A stretch of DNA of 63,829 bases, filler included, from Octopus bimaculoides (Eukaryota): the NCBI RefSeq assembly GCF_001194135.2. It is 4 parts of 4 records of this genome, joined end to end, with 100 filler letters (N's around TTAATTAATTAA, not from the genome) between each part and the next. Parts side by side here need not be neighbours in the genome. Positions count along the whole stretch, not along the records: positions 1 to 30,227 come from NC_068996.1; 3 more parts are not named here. One strand, 5' to 3'. Under the pieces are notes generated by a model. That model was not told where the DNA came from, ran no database searches, and saw nothing but the letters and a program-made list of their open reading frames with translations. This document shows, piece by piece, positions 1 to 13,530 of this stretch (position 1 is its first letter; the number at the start of each line of letters is the position of its first letter). The position numbers were made by a program, and so were the translations under genes.

Positions 1-1750
1 CTCTTTCTCCCATTCGTTCTCTTTATTGAGCAACCTTTCGTAGTGGCATCTCCAGACCTCTTTCTTTGCAGCCTCGTTTAGGGCAAGCGTACCATCATCC
101 ATGCGAACACATTTCTCTCCTACGACATCACAATTCTCTCTCACACACTGTCTTGCAACACGAAATACCTCAAGTCTTTGGTCCTCACGGCGCAGAACAT
201 TGGCAAATTTTTTCTTATCTGCTTCCCCTCTGGCTAAATAAACCTGTCACTTAGCTTCCCTTCTGGCAGATTGGTACAATTCCCTGCTACCACCATTCTT
301 CCAGTCCCTCCAAGCCTGTTTCATCTGTCTAATAGCCATGTCAACAACATTGTTCCACCACCACGTTATTTTGGGTCGAGAGGGGACTTTGCACCATCCA
401 CAGATCTGGTCAGTGGCCTTCAGCATGTTGTCCCGTAGAAACGTCCAGTTGTTTTCTGCATCATGTGAAGCTACTTCTCCTTCTAATTCGTCAAAAGGCC
501 TCAAGTAACAAGTCTCTAAATCTCTGTCCATTCGCAGGGTCTTTGAGCTTCCAGACCCTTCTCCTCCAAGCTGGTCGTCTCCTGGGCAACCACTTGGCCC
601 TAATCCTGAAGTCACTAACTACTAGTCTATGTTGTGGAGTGCATTCTTCGCCAGGGAATGTTTTGGCATTTATAAGCAGCCATCTTTCCATTATTTCTGG
701 TGAGGATGTAGTCAATTTGGCTAGAGTGTCTGCCAGAACGGTAGGTGACTAGGTGACTGGCAGGTTTCCTGAAGTTAGTATTGCAAACCATAAGGTCATT
801 TGTGTCACAGAACTCCAGCAGCCTGGTTCCCTCCTCATTGCAGGAACCAAAACCATAGCCTCCATGTACGCCATAGAAGCCCCTTGAATGTTGTCCAACA
901 TGACCATTGAAGTCACCAGCCATAAGGAGAAGGTCCCTGTCATATGTCGACGAGGTAATCTGCAGGAGGGTGTCATAAAATTGGTCTTTCTGTCCGTCAG
1001 GTAGCCCGGGCTGAGGGGCTTAGGCCGAGATAATGGTTGCTAACCCATGGTGAAGGACTAATCTAATCTTAAGTATTCTATCGCATACTCTAACTACTTC
1101 GATTACCTTATCCACCCATTTCTCTGCGAGAAGTATACTCACGCCCCCGACCCCGTCTGAGTTCCCTGCCCAGAAAATCTTGTACCTGTGTTCTTTGCCT
1201 GTGAGGAACCTAGCAGAACCTCCTCTCCACCTTACTTCTTGGAGGCAGCAGATATCGACACGTCTCCGTTCAAGCATCTCAACAATCTCAACAGATCTAC
1301 CTTTCAGTGTGCCGACGTTGAGAGTGCCAACCCTGAGGGTGTGGGAGGTATGGGACCCTGGGGTGGGGAACAGCCGCATCATGTACCTGAAAAGAGAGCT
1401 GAGAAGAGAGCTTGCATTTTGCAGAATTCATAAACAATCAGTAGCATTCATTTCAGCCTGCATCCACTGCACAACATTTTGGAGGAGGTGGGAGGGCGGG
1501 TGCACCGGGATCGAGAGAGACAGAGTGAAGCAGAGGGTTGAGGGTTAAGCCATCACAGTTTGAGAGAAATGGTAGTCATAGAACCATAGAGTGATTATGT
1601 CCAGATACGAGGGGGGAAACCACTAAATATAACGACATTGTAATGATACGGACAGAATAGTGAACTCTGTGGTAAGGTGTATGAATCAGAGCAAAATATG
1701 AGATACCGGCGAGGCTGAAACAAAAGGCAAATCAAACTTATCTGCTGGCC
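1..1750 (-). mobile_element. RTE-clade LINE, 5' part (AP endonuclease domain plus linker), frameshifted; runs off the window start
   Basis: ORFs 1020-1382 (LRVGTLNVGTL...DICCLQEVRW), 627-923 (AGDFNGHVG...N.EG.RLLEFC...SQIDYIL) and 491-715 (PQHRLVVSDF) carry APE-type endonuclease motifs in order, in different frames. The 5' UTR boundary is approximate. Confidence 0.9.
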
Positions 1751-1884
1751 ATGTCACTGAGTTTCATGGGTATATTCAGCAAAATTCTAGGTATAATCAA
1801 CAATCGAATGCCCTATCCACTAAGCCAAACACCTTTAATTAAATACACTGATCATAATCGACTATTCTACAGGGAGAGAATGTA

Positions 1885-3022
1885 TTGGGTTGTCATAAAT
1901 TTATTTTTTTCCACTTATTTTAATCCTTTTTTCATCAACAATTTTAACATCTTCATTCTTGTCAATGCCTTGACTTGAAATCACTGAGTCTTGACTCAAA
2001 GTATTCATCAGACCTTGTATTCAGCTCCATGTTGTTGAACAAAACCTCTTGCTGTTGGAGAGTTAACAAAAAAAGGCAATAACCTGAAGGTACTATATCC
2101 AGAAATACATTGGGTGCAGTTGAGCTTTGCAACTGAGCTCTTGAATAGCATTTTTGATCAAATTAGTGATATGGAGGAAAATGTTGTTGTCTTGAAGAAA
2201 CACTTCATGTTAGACTGTTTGAGCTAGATTGCCTTGTTGAACCAGTACATTTACTGAATATAAAGCTCTGCATTGACTGTGGTTGTTTTCAAGTATTTTA
2301 TAGTGGATGCAGCTCTTATTTGGCTTGAGGTGTTGTTTGTTTATCAGAACTCAGCCATTCTTTTCTCTGCTTCATATTCATGTAAAGGCATAATTTTTCA
2401 TTGCCAGTGACAATGTGGTAAAGAAATCTTTGTGTCCTTGAGTAGCTTGGTGTTGTTGGAGCAATAGAAGAGCACTGGAGTTTGTCAATTTTGCTCAGAA
2501 TGTGTAGCACCCATGCACTGAGTTTTTGAATCTTACTCATCAAATGTAACAGTAACGTAACAGCATCCCATCTTCTGGGACAATTTCCTAGTGGATTGGT
2601 GCAGATCTTTGTGGATGAGCTGGTTCAATCAATCTTCCCTGAATTGAACAGGTTGGCTGGAACACAGAAAGTCTATAAGGTTGAATTTTCCTTTGTTGAA
2701 GCATGAAAGCCATTTCTGTGCAGTTCATTCAGTAATAGAACCTTCTCTATACACACCACGAATGTCTTGAGCAGCGTTTGAACACTTGACTGAAAATGAA
2801 GATAAGCAGATGTTGAAAATACTCATTTTGTGTTTTCTTACTTAATACTCCATCATCATATATTTGTAAAGAGGTAAAATTTATTCAAATTTCAAAAATG
2901 ATAAAACAACTTCTAGAGGAAAATAAAGCTACAAAATAATGTAGTACACTACAATAAAAATTTGTGTTGTGTTAATTCAAATAACGTTGGAAAGAAATAA
3001 ATAAATTTATCTGATAACCCAA
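1885..3022 (-). mobile_element. Near full-length degenerate mariner transposon with TIRs and TA target duplication
   Basis: Left TA|TTGGGTTGTCATAAATTTATTT and right AAATAAATTTATCTGATAACCCAA|TA are imperfect TIRs with TA on both sides. Translation gives KLSAWVLH (WVPH motif), IVTGNEK (DE motif decayed) and a C-terminal D.APS.Y.LF-like segment. Confidence 0.88.
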
Positions 3023-5785
3023 TAGAAACTGATATTAACTGAATCAAAAAAGATATCCAAGAAAAGAACTGGTAGATTCAGTAGAGGACTAGGCTCAGTA
3101 GAGGACTTTGTGCTGTACATCTATATTGTCTGTATTGTATCCTGGGTGTCTATAAGTATGCTGTATTCTGGACAGTGGTTATGTATCCAGGGTTGACTAT
3201 GCTTATAGATATTTTGCTGTTGGTCAATTATTGAGGTTGATAAAGTTCAACCTAGCACTTTGTTCATTTGTGTAGCCTCATGTGGGATCTGAGGTCAAAG
3301 TCAGATGCACAATGGCAGCTATACACTGGAAACATGATGAAATGTCCTGCTGTGTTAGTTGTAGCCTTCATTGCTGTGTGCTTTTCCACTTGGCTGACTT
3401 GTCTTACATTTTTGTAGTATTCTGTCTCTTGCATAAAGAGCATTACCCGTGGCTTAGGCCATATGCTGCAACTTGCTAACTGCTGTTCAGCTGTGTATAG
3501 ATATGTAGTGTACTCTGAATTGTATTATCAAATGACTCTTTCTTTTAAGATATAGGGTGTGATTTAAGGAGTATTTGGCTGCTATTTTAAGCAGTAACCA
3601 CAATAAGTTCACTCATTGGCTTATTTACTGCTTGATAGAATTGGTTGTATAAATTTTTATAATCTTGCTTTGTTGACTTTACTTTTCATGGGTGTAGAAG
3701 GGATTAATGAAATAACTGGTATTCTGTCAAAGTTAGAAATCTTTATTTCAGTTGGTAAAGTTATAGAAATTACAGAGAATCTGGCCTTAAGCATCATTAC
3801 AGTGTTGAGTTTTGTTGCCTCTTATAGTTTTGTGTGAAATTCAGACTTGTCATTGTCTATCACATTCTGGAAGTGTTGACAGAAATGTCATTATTAATTA
3901 ATAAGTTCTAGACACCTATATATACACTTCACCTATAATAAATATATGGTCCTGTGCCAATAGAAATGGTTTCATTTTCTACATATACAAGATTCAGACC
4001 ACACTTGGATACACCAAGAGAATGTTTTTTTTATTATGTATTTCCATTGGAGTTGTTTCAATCTCAACCTTGTAAAAATAAAACCAAAGTTTAAAAAAAC
4101 CCTCTGAAATCAGCAATTTCTTGTTTAGCATACTTGCCCAAATCTCTCTCTCTTCTTCTCTCTCCCTCGCTCTTTCCACTTTTGTTCTTAGCCAGGTAAG
4201 TACATTACAAGGATCTCTGTACCTTATATTCACTGTAAATGTACTCTCAGATGTATTGTGTTCATAATCATTCTTCAACTCAACTGTTTACCTATTTTTT
4301 GTTTTATAGCTAAGAATACTTTGAATGTGAAATATGTTTTCCATTAGTGCATGTGTTTAGTTGTGTATATACACATTGTAGTCTCTGAATTGTTCAACTG
4401 TACTGGAGTATGCAAAATATTAACCATGTACTTTGTATGTGAAAAAAAACTAAAAACATGTGAAGATCCCATATAAGGTTAATATAGAAAGTAGTCTATG
4501 ACGATTCTTGTATTGATCTATCAACATAAATCAATATGAACTTGTTTCTTATCTTTAGGAAAAGTAAACCAAGTCTAATTTTTCATTTTCTCCAGTTCCC
4601 CTCCTTTTAACAGCTTGATGCCAGTGTTAATATAATTTGGCCAAATAAAATGTTACTTATTTTATAAGCTGGTTGTAAAACTGGACAGAAGTTCATGTCC
4701 TTGTTTAATTTCATCTCTCTTTTTAGTTCAAATACTCTTTAGATCATCATACAGCCATTGTACTAAGGTCTATTTGATTACACACCTCTTCTACGAAAAT
4801 ATCTTGTTTGTATTTTGCTTTGTAAGTAGAAATTTTAGTTTTACTTAATCTTTTTTTTTTATGGATTTTATTGGAACAATAAATTTTCTGTCACTAATTC
4901 AATTCTAAAGTAGGAGTTGAGTGTATGCCATTGAGATAGACACATAACAGAACAGTTGAAACAAGGCCTGAATTTATAACTAACTATATAGTAGAGTAAA
5001 CACATCCACTCTGCAGGAAACAGGATATCTTCATTGGAATTATTTATAAGTGGAATTGTAGAACCAAAACAATGGAAGTGTTCCAGCACTGAAGGGTTTA
5101 GCTAGATGGTGAGGTGAAGTCAGAGTAGTTGAGATATATTTTGTTGTTTAGTATATTGGTAATGTAAGACATAAATACATATTATACCTGTAGTGTAGCA
5201 GTAGTAATGTTTATATAAGACATAAGTACAGGTAGTAGTTGTAGTATAGCAGTAATAATGTTATATAAGACATACATATAGTTTAGTATCTGAATGCAAT
5301 AGTACATTCTCACCCATTTTAGTGTAATGCTAAGGGAAGTAAGTCAAACAGAATAAGAGGTAAAAAGTTGTGATGATGGTGCAGAGAGTAATAGAATGAG
5401 GGAGAGGAAAAAGAGAAGAAATTTAAGGGAGAAGGAAAATATCAAGACGTTGCAAAATTTGCTATGTCGCTGCATTGTTAGTTACTTCATTATTTTATCT
5501 CCCTCTCTCCCTCCCTCTGCATTTGTTTGAATTTTTTAAATTTGTGTCTAAGTACATAAATAATTTCACCACAAGAATGGAAAAATTCTAAGATCATCTG
5601 TTTATAAATGTAAATCTCTATATTTTTGTATGTCAGTGTTTGTGTATGTGAATATTAATACATATATAATGGCTACGCAGGTGTCCAGGTGTAACTTGTA
5701 GACCCAGTCATGTCAAGTATATTTTGTAAATATCATGTGATTGAAATTATAATACTGTTCTACATTTTAGAGATGAGGAATTCTG

Positions 5786-6011
5786 TACATTATTTATATT
5801 ATTTAAATTGGATGGATATGTGTCCTCATCTTGTTTGTTGTTACCACAATGTTTTGGCTGATTTACTCTCCAGCCTTCACCAGGTATCCTGGTGGAATTT
5901 TGAACCCAACCTTGGGTTCTCATTCCTAAGGTATTTTTTGATATTATTATTATTTATTCAAGACACTGCTTGGGATTAGTAGCTCGCACTCTTAACCACT
6001 ACGCTGTATGC
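5786..6011 (-). mobile_element. tRNA-headed SINE with hammerhead-like tail, decayed copy
   Basis: Reverse complement aligns to the + copy at 6015-6307 and to the 3' fragment at 30798-30935. Confidence 0.8.
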
Positions 6012-6014
6012 TGT

Positions 6015-6307
6015 GGGCACATAGCGTAGTAGTTAAGAGCACAGGTTACTAACCCCCATGAGCATATAGCGTAGTGGTTAAGAGTGTGGGCTACTAACCC
6101 CAAGATTCTGAGTTCAATTCCAGGCAGTGCCTTCAATAAATAATGATAATATCAAAAAATATCTTAGGAATGAGAACCCAGCATTGTGTTCAAAATTTCA
6201 CTAGGACACTTGATGAAGGCTGGAGAATAAATCAGCCGAAATGTTGTGCTAACAACAAACAAAATGAGGACACATATCCATCCAATGTAAATAATAATAT
6301 AAATGTA
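6015..6307 (+). mobile_element. tRNA-headed SINE with duplicated head and hammerhead-like tail
   Basis: A-box-like TAGCGTAGTGG occurs twice (the first copy as TAGCGTAGTAG); B-box-like GAGTTCAATTCC; tail GACAC-TTGATGA-A-GGCTG..CAGCC-GAAA-TGTTGTG. Confidence 0.8.
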
Positions 6308-6499
6308 TCTTACATCAGTCCTGTATAAATACCAGCTTAGTGTCAGATGTGAATGAGACCACTGAAAGCTGCAGTATGAAAAGGGTTTAAAAAAATAACT
6401 TTATTGCATTGTCCATTGCTTAAGTTAACAAGGTACACATTTGAACCTTACGTGGAGGTATCCATTTGAAAAATATATTGCCGGTACCATCTCCATTTA

Positions 6500-9055
6500 G
6501 CTGCAACTTGTTCTGGGAGACATGAAATGAAAACAAAGGGTTTCTAAAGCCTATCCAGGAGAGAACAGCTGTTAGTAATTGGGAGTTGGAATGTCATAAT
6601 CCTTACAGGTAAAGAGCAGGAACTAGTAGTGGAGGCCAACTGCTACTGGTTAGATAAAATCAGTGTCTCTTCTTCAAGGGTCTCTGGCTCTTGTACTTTG
6701 GATCTGGATGGAGGGTAGAAATTCAGTTTAAGTGTGGTGCCAAGCCCCTGTTTGATTGTGTTATGGAGAGGATCTCACTAGGTGGGAGGGTTTGCCTACT
6801 GAAGCTTAGGCTGAAGAATGGACCACTGTGGCTGTTGCTTGGATATGCAAATAACAGTGAGGCCAAATATAGAGCCTTCCTTGGCAAAGTCCCTGCAGCT
6901 TTAGATATAGGTGACACTGAGTCATTTGTCCTATAAGGAAACTTCAATGCACACCAATCACTGGACATCGAAAGGAGTTATTGAGAAGAATGGTGACCCT
7001 GAACATAATGTGAACAGAAAATCCTTAATAGACTTTTGTGCTGGAAATGGGCTGGTAGAGGGATACTTTGGGACAGAGATCACTGATAGATTTTGTTATC
7101 ATCCTGGACCTCTTTGATTCTGTACTGGACATTTGTGTGAAGAGATGGTTTGAGCTATTACCACTTAGTTGTCTGCAACCTGAGAATACCTACAGTGGGG
7201 AGAACTCACAAAACTGATAAGTTTACTGTGACTTATATGATGAAGTAGGAAGCACTGGCAGAAACAAATATGTGGACACTATTGTATCTGAATTCAGAGA
7301 CTTCCTGAACAAATTGAGGATGTCAAAATAGAGTGGAGTTTCTTCTTCAATTGTACATTACTGTGGACAAAAGTAGCTTGGTGTAGCACTAGGTGGGAAA
7401 AGAACTCTCTGGTTTAATCAGGAAGTTAAGAATGCCATGCAAGCAAAGGAAGCTTCCAAAAGTTGGCTTGGAAACAGGTCTCTCCTTCTACACATGCAGT
7501 ATGCTAAGGTGTATAAAGTGACTGCAGAAGTAATAAAGACTTCCAGGACTAAGTAATGGGAGGACTCTGGGGTTATGCTGGACTCTGACTTTAGGTTGTC
7601 CATTCAAATATTCCAGCAGGCTATCCATTGACTTAGCAGTCATAATAAAAATTTTCTAGTGGGCACAAGATGCATCTAAGAATGAAGAATAACCTTACAG
7701 AGGCTGAAGTAATAGAGGCACAAATGTAGCAAGGTTGCTGGAGAGGTTGAAATTCAGCCTGAAATGTTAAAAGTCTTCTCTGGTAGATTTGTGTATGCCA
7801 GGTGTCTTGGACCTCTGGAAAGACACCAAAGTAATGGCAGTCCAGTGTGATAATCCTAATTTTAAAAAGGGAGGCGAGAGAGTGCTCTTATTATAGAGGA
7901 ATCCCCTTGTCAAGCCTCAGTAAAGTCTATGCTAGATGTCTAGGAAAGAGGGGTAGAGAAATTGTAGAGCTGAAACTTGCTGAGGAACAGTGTGGCTTCT
8001 GTCCTGGATACAGTGCAACTAACCAGATATTCACTTGACAGAAAGTCTTTATGAAAATTTGTGAATATTGCCAAGAGATGTATCCTTGGTTAGTAGACTT
8101 TGAAAAGGCATATGAGTTTTCTGAAGTTTGGGATTAATGAGGAATTTCTGCTTGTTGTATAGCCTCTATATGAATACCCAGATGTCTGTGTTTGGGTAAA
8201 TGGTACTGTGCTGAAACCTTTTAACTTGGGTGCTAGACTTTGGCAGGAGTGTATATTGTCATCTCTCCTCTTCATGATTTTAGAAACTGGATTGACATGT
8301 GCAGCTGTTCTGAAAATGGTATCACAATAGGTAGGTGTAGGATTGGTTGGCTGATGGTGCTACTTGACTCATCTGAAAATGATCTCCAGCTTACACTGGA
8401 AGGGTTTGCTGCCAAGTGTTACAAAGCAAGGATGAAAATTAGTATTGTGAGGCAAGTGGACAAGTTTAGGTATCTCAGGACTGTATTCAAAAGTGATAGG
8501 AAACAGGAGGTGGAATTGAATGCTAGAATTGCAGTGCTAGCACAATAATGCACCATCTCCAGTATTCAATCCTCAGAAAAGGAGAGGTTGGTTTTAAAAA
8601 ATCCCAAAGCATGCTATCCTTTAATTCAGTTTCCATGCTTATTTTCACATATGACCATGAATACAATCAAAATGTAGTTCCTCCAAAGGATCTCTGGGTT
8701 AATGTTATTTGGCCAGGTGCATAACTCGGAGATCAAGGAGTCTCTCCAGGTTGAGCTGCTACTTCTCTACATTGAGAGGACACAGCTCCAGTACCACTGA
8801 CATGTGACCTAGAATGCTGCAGGAAAGGATAGCAAGACAGATTCTCCAAGCCTAGCCAAATGATAGGAGACCTTAGGGTAGACAAAGAGCAAGATGGTTG
8901 GATAATATCTATAGTATCGGTTGGTCAAGCTTGGGAATCTAACCAAAGAGTGTAATATTGGTTGCTTCTATTAGGAGCCTACGAAAAGGTACCTGAGGAC
9001 TTTACCTTCTCAACTCTCCCAGGAATAGCTGGCAGAGAAAATGGATGGTTGGATA
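6500..9055 (+). mobile_element. Near full-length degenerate RTE-clade LINE (Rex3/Expander-like), EN+RT
   Basis: Decayed EN start (LVIGSWNVIILTGKEQELV), VIEKNGDPEHNVN..LIDFCA, RT segments (YRGIPLSSLSKVYARCL..EEQCGFCPG...QIFT; DFEKAY; LRQECILSSLLF; DKFRYL), and 3' end GAGAAAATGGATGGTTGGAT. Confidence 0.85.
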
Positions 9056-10129
9056 AATATATCAGATTATATTTATTTCAGTTTATTTAGTCTTTTAATA
9101 TTCATATTGTCTTCTACCAGTTATTAGATTGTAACCATGCTGGGGCACTATATTGGTCTTTGTAAATATTTAAAAAATTTTGTACTTAATTTATTAATGT
9201 AAGTTTGTTGAACTGCTGTATTACAGTAAGTCACCAACATCACCTGTTTTAAGTGACATAAATGTAAACACATTCATACATTGTTTCTCTGTCTAATTTC
9301 ACTCAAGGCTATAGTGAAGAACACTTACCCAAGATGCTATGTAGAGGGACCAAACTCAGAAGATAATGGCTACAAAGCAAACTTTTTGACTGTACACCTA
9401 TAATTGCACCTATATTACAGAGATTTTTTTTGAGAATCCACAGCTCACTGTGTGTTCTCTTTGTTCAATGGGACTGGGGGTACAATTCTAAGCCATATGA
9501 ACTTTTCTCTGATATGAAAATAAAGATGCAGTATAGCATGAAGATTTTACCAATGTAGTCATACAGTAGAATATTATTATAGCTAGATTATTTCTTTGTG
9601 ATAGTTAAGACTGTTTACTTTACTGACATAGTGAAAACTAAAGATATGAGGTGATTAATGTATGAGAAAGAATTTAAAGATGTCTCTTAAGACTGCACAT
9701 TCAATACTACCTATGTGGACTTTTATGTTATCTCAAGACTCAAATGCATCAAACAAAATATAATTTCAAAAAAAATTATATATTTCATGGTTCTCCTAAA
9801 CTTCCAGCCATCTTACAGTTTTTGAAATAAGTGAAATTTCTACATGTACTGCTAGTGTCAATATTAATGTTATATAGAACCTATAGTATATCAATAGTAA
9901 TTTATATACAATGTAGATACAGATAGTATCTATAATATATCAGTAATGTTATGCACGACATAGATGTAGATAGTTCCTATTGTAATCTAAGTAATGTTCT
10001 AAATAGTACCTATAGTATATATTAATGTTAATGTTAAATAAGACATAAATACAGATTGTTCCTTTAGTATAGGTTATTATGGATAAAAAGAAATGTATGG
10101 CAAATAATAGTAGACAAGAAGTATGAGTG

Positions 10130-11290
10130 TAGACATTCCAGTTTGAACTAAGCCACCTCAGGTGAGTAAAAGATCCTTACAGATCCAGGATTACCAAGAG
10201 CAAGTGTCCTCTCACCTTAGTCTCCAACATTCTAGTACCATTTGAGAATAAGGCCAGTCATTTTGGTCATTCTTGCCATTTCCATTCAATTTTTTGCAAA
10301 TTTACTAAAGAGCAGTATCTCCATCTTTTCCATCACCTTCTTCAAGTGGAACTTGGGATAGCTGAGTACCTGGCCAAAGAGAATAATGTCTGTCTTTAAT
10401 CCTTTCAGTCTTGTCTTTATACAATCCCATAGCCAAAAGGAAAATAGCATGACAATTCTCATGATATACTTAGTAATTCTTGGACATTGAATAAATGCAC
10501 ACAATAGTTTTGTGACCTTTACCTATATAGACTTGGTTTGGTAGCACTATCATTAGTAAATAGAATTTTCCCAAACTGGCAATCATTTCCTCTCACTCTC
10601 ATAGCACTGTCATGCAAGGGATTTTTAAAAGTTCTTTTGAGTTGATATTTGTTGAATCCTTGAGTTTTCTGAGAATGTCATAGCTCTTGCCCACTGCTAC
10701 CCTCTATAGAATGTAAAATTTCACATACTACCAACCACATTGAGTGATAAAGGTCTCTGAGTATCTAACTGTATTTTAGATGCCAAGCATCAAGTCTTAG
10801 TCTTCACTTGACTGTAGTTATGCTAAAGGTGTGATGAGAAAATAATGGTGACATTCATTAATGTACAAGAATCTCTGCAAATAGAGAGTATTCTTGTGAA
10901 TCATCAACCATAGCAGGCAGTAAGTACTGATATCTAAGGCGAAATTACAGCCAATCAAATAAATCTTTATCACAAAGAACAAAAGATCAGATGCTTTAAT
11001 TTTGTCAGAGGTATGATGGTCAAATAGTGATGATGGTTGGTGATATAACTGGTGTTTGCCACCTCTGCTCCACTTACCTCTCAATCCATTTTTTAATGAA
11101 ACTAGTTAATCTTCTTGTCTCAACTCCAGTCCTGAAGGTCTGGCCTAAACCAAATCTAAAATCTCTTAATGTGGCCTTTGGAAGAACAACTTAGAATACT
11201 GGCTAGCAAGGACCTGCCTCTCCAGGTGCTAGGCTGCTCGCCCACTAACATGTCCTGGCTAATATATGCTCCTTTTACCACTTCATATTA
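10130..11290 (-). mobile_element. Tx1/L1-like non-LTR retrotransposon, 3' fragment (post-RT region), heavily decayed
   Basis: Broken translation includes IWFRPDLQ, GAEVANT, TRLKGLKTDIILFGQ and RMLETKVRG, resembling the ORF2 C-terminal region of L1/Tx1-type elements. Confidence 0.6.
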
Positions 11291-12250
11291 ATAATAGAAG
11301 TTTGTTGGAGACCTAGCATTTCAGGCTGGTATTTATTATGTAAATACAATGTTACTGAACACTGAGCTAATAAGTTACTGTTAGCTATTGAAGGCTGTTG
11401 TCATTGTGAGGAAGACTTTATTATATATGTGATAATAATTATCATATTTTTGTTTTCACATGAAAAGCCTTCAACTGAAATCTAGCACTATCTGTAACAA
11501 AATTAATGTAATTTATCTAGTTGTAAGCAGGAAGATGCTTATGTTTTATAAACTGTCTCTAGAAGTTTATTTCAGTTGAAATAAACAGTTAAATTCTATC
11601 TTACCTCTAAACTGTATTTATTTCTTTTTCCTGTCTTTAATTATTAAAATTCATTGTAAATATATCAAAATTAATATTCTCTTAATTTATGGAAACTAAG
11701 CAACATTTTTGATCGATTCAACTCCGGGACCAAAAAAAGAATCATGTTGGTAAAATATTGATTGTACTGAAAACATATTTCTTTTGACTTGGACAAAAAG
11801 TTTTCATTTTGCAGGAGTGGCAGATGGCCACTCATTTTGGAGTTCATTTTGCAACCACATGTTTTTAAGTTCAGTTCCACCATGCAAATGTCTTAAGCCC
11901 CAGACTGACATGTCTTAATGTCACAAATGTCTTAAGTCCCTATGAGTGAATTTGGCAGACAGAAACTGTGTAGTAGGCTGTTATGTGTGTCATCCTCCTC
12001 ATCATCATCGTCGTCATTGTTATTTAATATTCATTTTCCTTGCTGGCATGGATTGGGCAGTTTGATAGGAGTTGGCAAGCCAGAGAAGTGCACCAGGCTC
12101 CAGTTGTCTGTTTTGGCAAGGTTTCTATAGCTGGATGCCCTTCCTAACACCAACTAAGTGTTTTTTTTATATGGTACCAGCACAGGTGTTCTTTATCTGG
12201 CACCAGTGCTGGTGTATGTGTGTACATATGTGTGCGTGTATATATATATT

Positions 12251-12612
12251 ACTCTACTCTTTTACTTGTTTCAGGACTTATTCTTTGGAAGCCTAGTACT
12301 TATTCTATCGGTCTCTTTTGCTGAACCGCTAAGTTACGGGGACGTAAGCACACCACCATCGGTTGTCAAGCAATGCTGGGGGAGACAAACACAGACACAC
12401 AAACATATACATATATATATATATACATATATATATACACACATATATATGACTGGCTTCTTTCAATTTCCATCTACCAAATCCACTCACAAGATTTTGG
12501 TCGGCCCGAGGCTATAGTAGGAGACACTTGCCCAAGGTGCCACGCAGTGGGGCTGAAACCGGAACCATGTGGTTGGTAAGGAAGCTACTTACCACACAGC
12601 CACTCCTGCACC
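12251..12612 (-). mobile_element. tRNA-derived SINE (major family in the window) with 57-nt internal deletion
   Basis: Colinear with the copy at 56345-56756 except for the deleted segment. Confidence 0.9.
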
Positions 12613-13169
12613 TATATATGCGTGTGTGTGTGTGTGTTTGCATTTGTCACTCACTCTCTGCTTGACAACTGGTGTTGGTTTGTTTACATACCCTATAACT
12701 TAGTATTTTGGTAAAAGTGAGCAACAATAAGTACCAAACTTAAAACTAAGGACTGGTGTTCATTTATTTAACTAAAACCCTTTGAGGTGGTGCTTCTATG
12801 TGGGTGCAAACCAATGCAATGACTGAAATTGGTAAAAGATAGTATACTAATGTTACTTTTGATGAATGGAAGACAACTTTGAACTTATAAAAGAACAAGT
12901 GATTCAGTTCATAATCTCATTGTTGTAGCATTACTATAAATAATGTTCCAGTTTCTTACTGAAGAATGATGTAGGAAAGATTAGTGAAACTGTGTCATTT
13001 AGTCCAATTTGTAGAATGTAAATATTCTAGAATATATTTGATAGTTTTATCTCTGGAAGATTTTTATTTAATTATATTAAATATGATAATTTGTCTTTCA
13101 GTGATGAGTGAAATTGATTTCTATTATTAAAAAAATAAGTGTTTTATATGTTTTTAAGTTTAAATAGGT

Positions 13170-13530
13170 TTACTGTGCAGGCATGGCTGTGTGGTAGGAA
13201 GTTTGCTTCCAAACCATGTGGTTACAGGTTCAGTTCCATTGTGTTGCATGTTGGGAAAGTATTTTGTAATATAGCCCTTGGTTGACCAAAGCTTCATAAG
13301 TGGATTCAGTAGGCAGAAACTGAAAGAAACCTATCCTGTGTATGTCTTTGTGTTTTTTTCCTTCCACTGCTTCACAACAACTGTTGGTTTATTTCCCTGT
13401 AACTTAGCAGTTCAGCAAAAAGAGACCAGACTTAAAAAATAAATAAGTACTGGGATCAAATTGTTCAACTAAAATCCTTCAAGATGGTGCCGCAGTGTAG
13501 TTACTATTCAGTGACAGAAACAAGTAAAGG
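13170..13530 (+). mobile_element. tRNA-derived SINE (same family), decayed
   Basis: GGCTGTGTGGTAGGAAG...GTTCAGTTCC head, AACTTAGCAGTTCAGCAAAAAGAGACC core, GAAACAAGTAAAG tail. Confidence 0.85.

Noticed and set aside
3994-4278. 94-aa minus-strand ORF
   Set aside because: No recognisable motif; includes a translated (GA)n tract.
6062-6135. tRNA gene
   Set aside because: A and B boxes are present, but there is no closed cloverleaf and it continues into the SINE body; treated as a SINE head.
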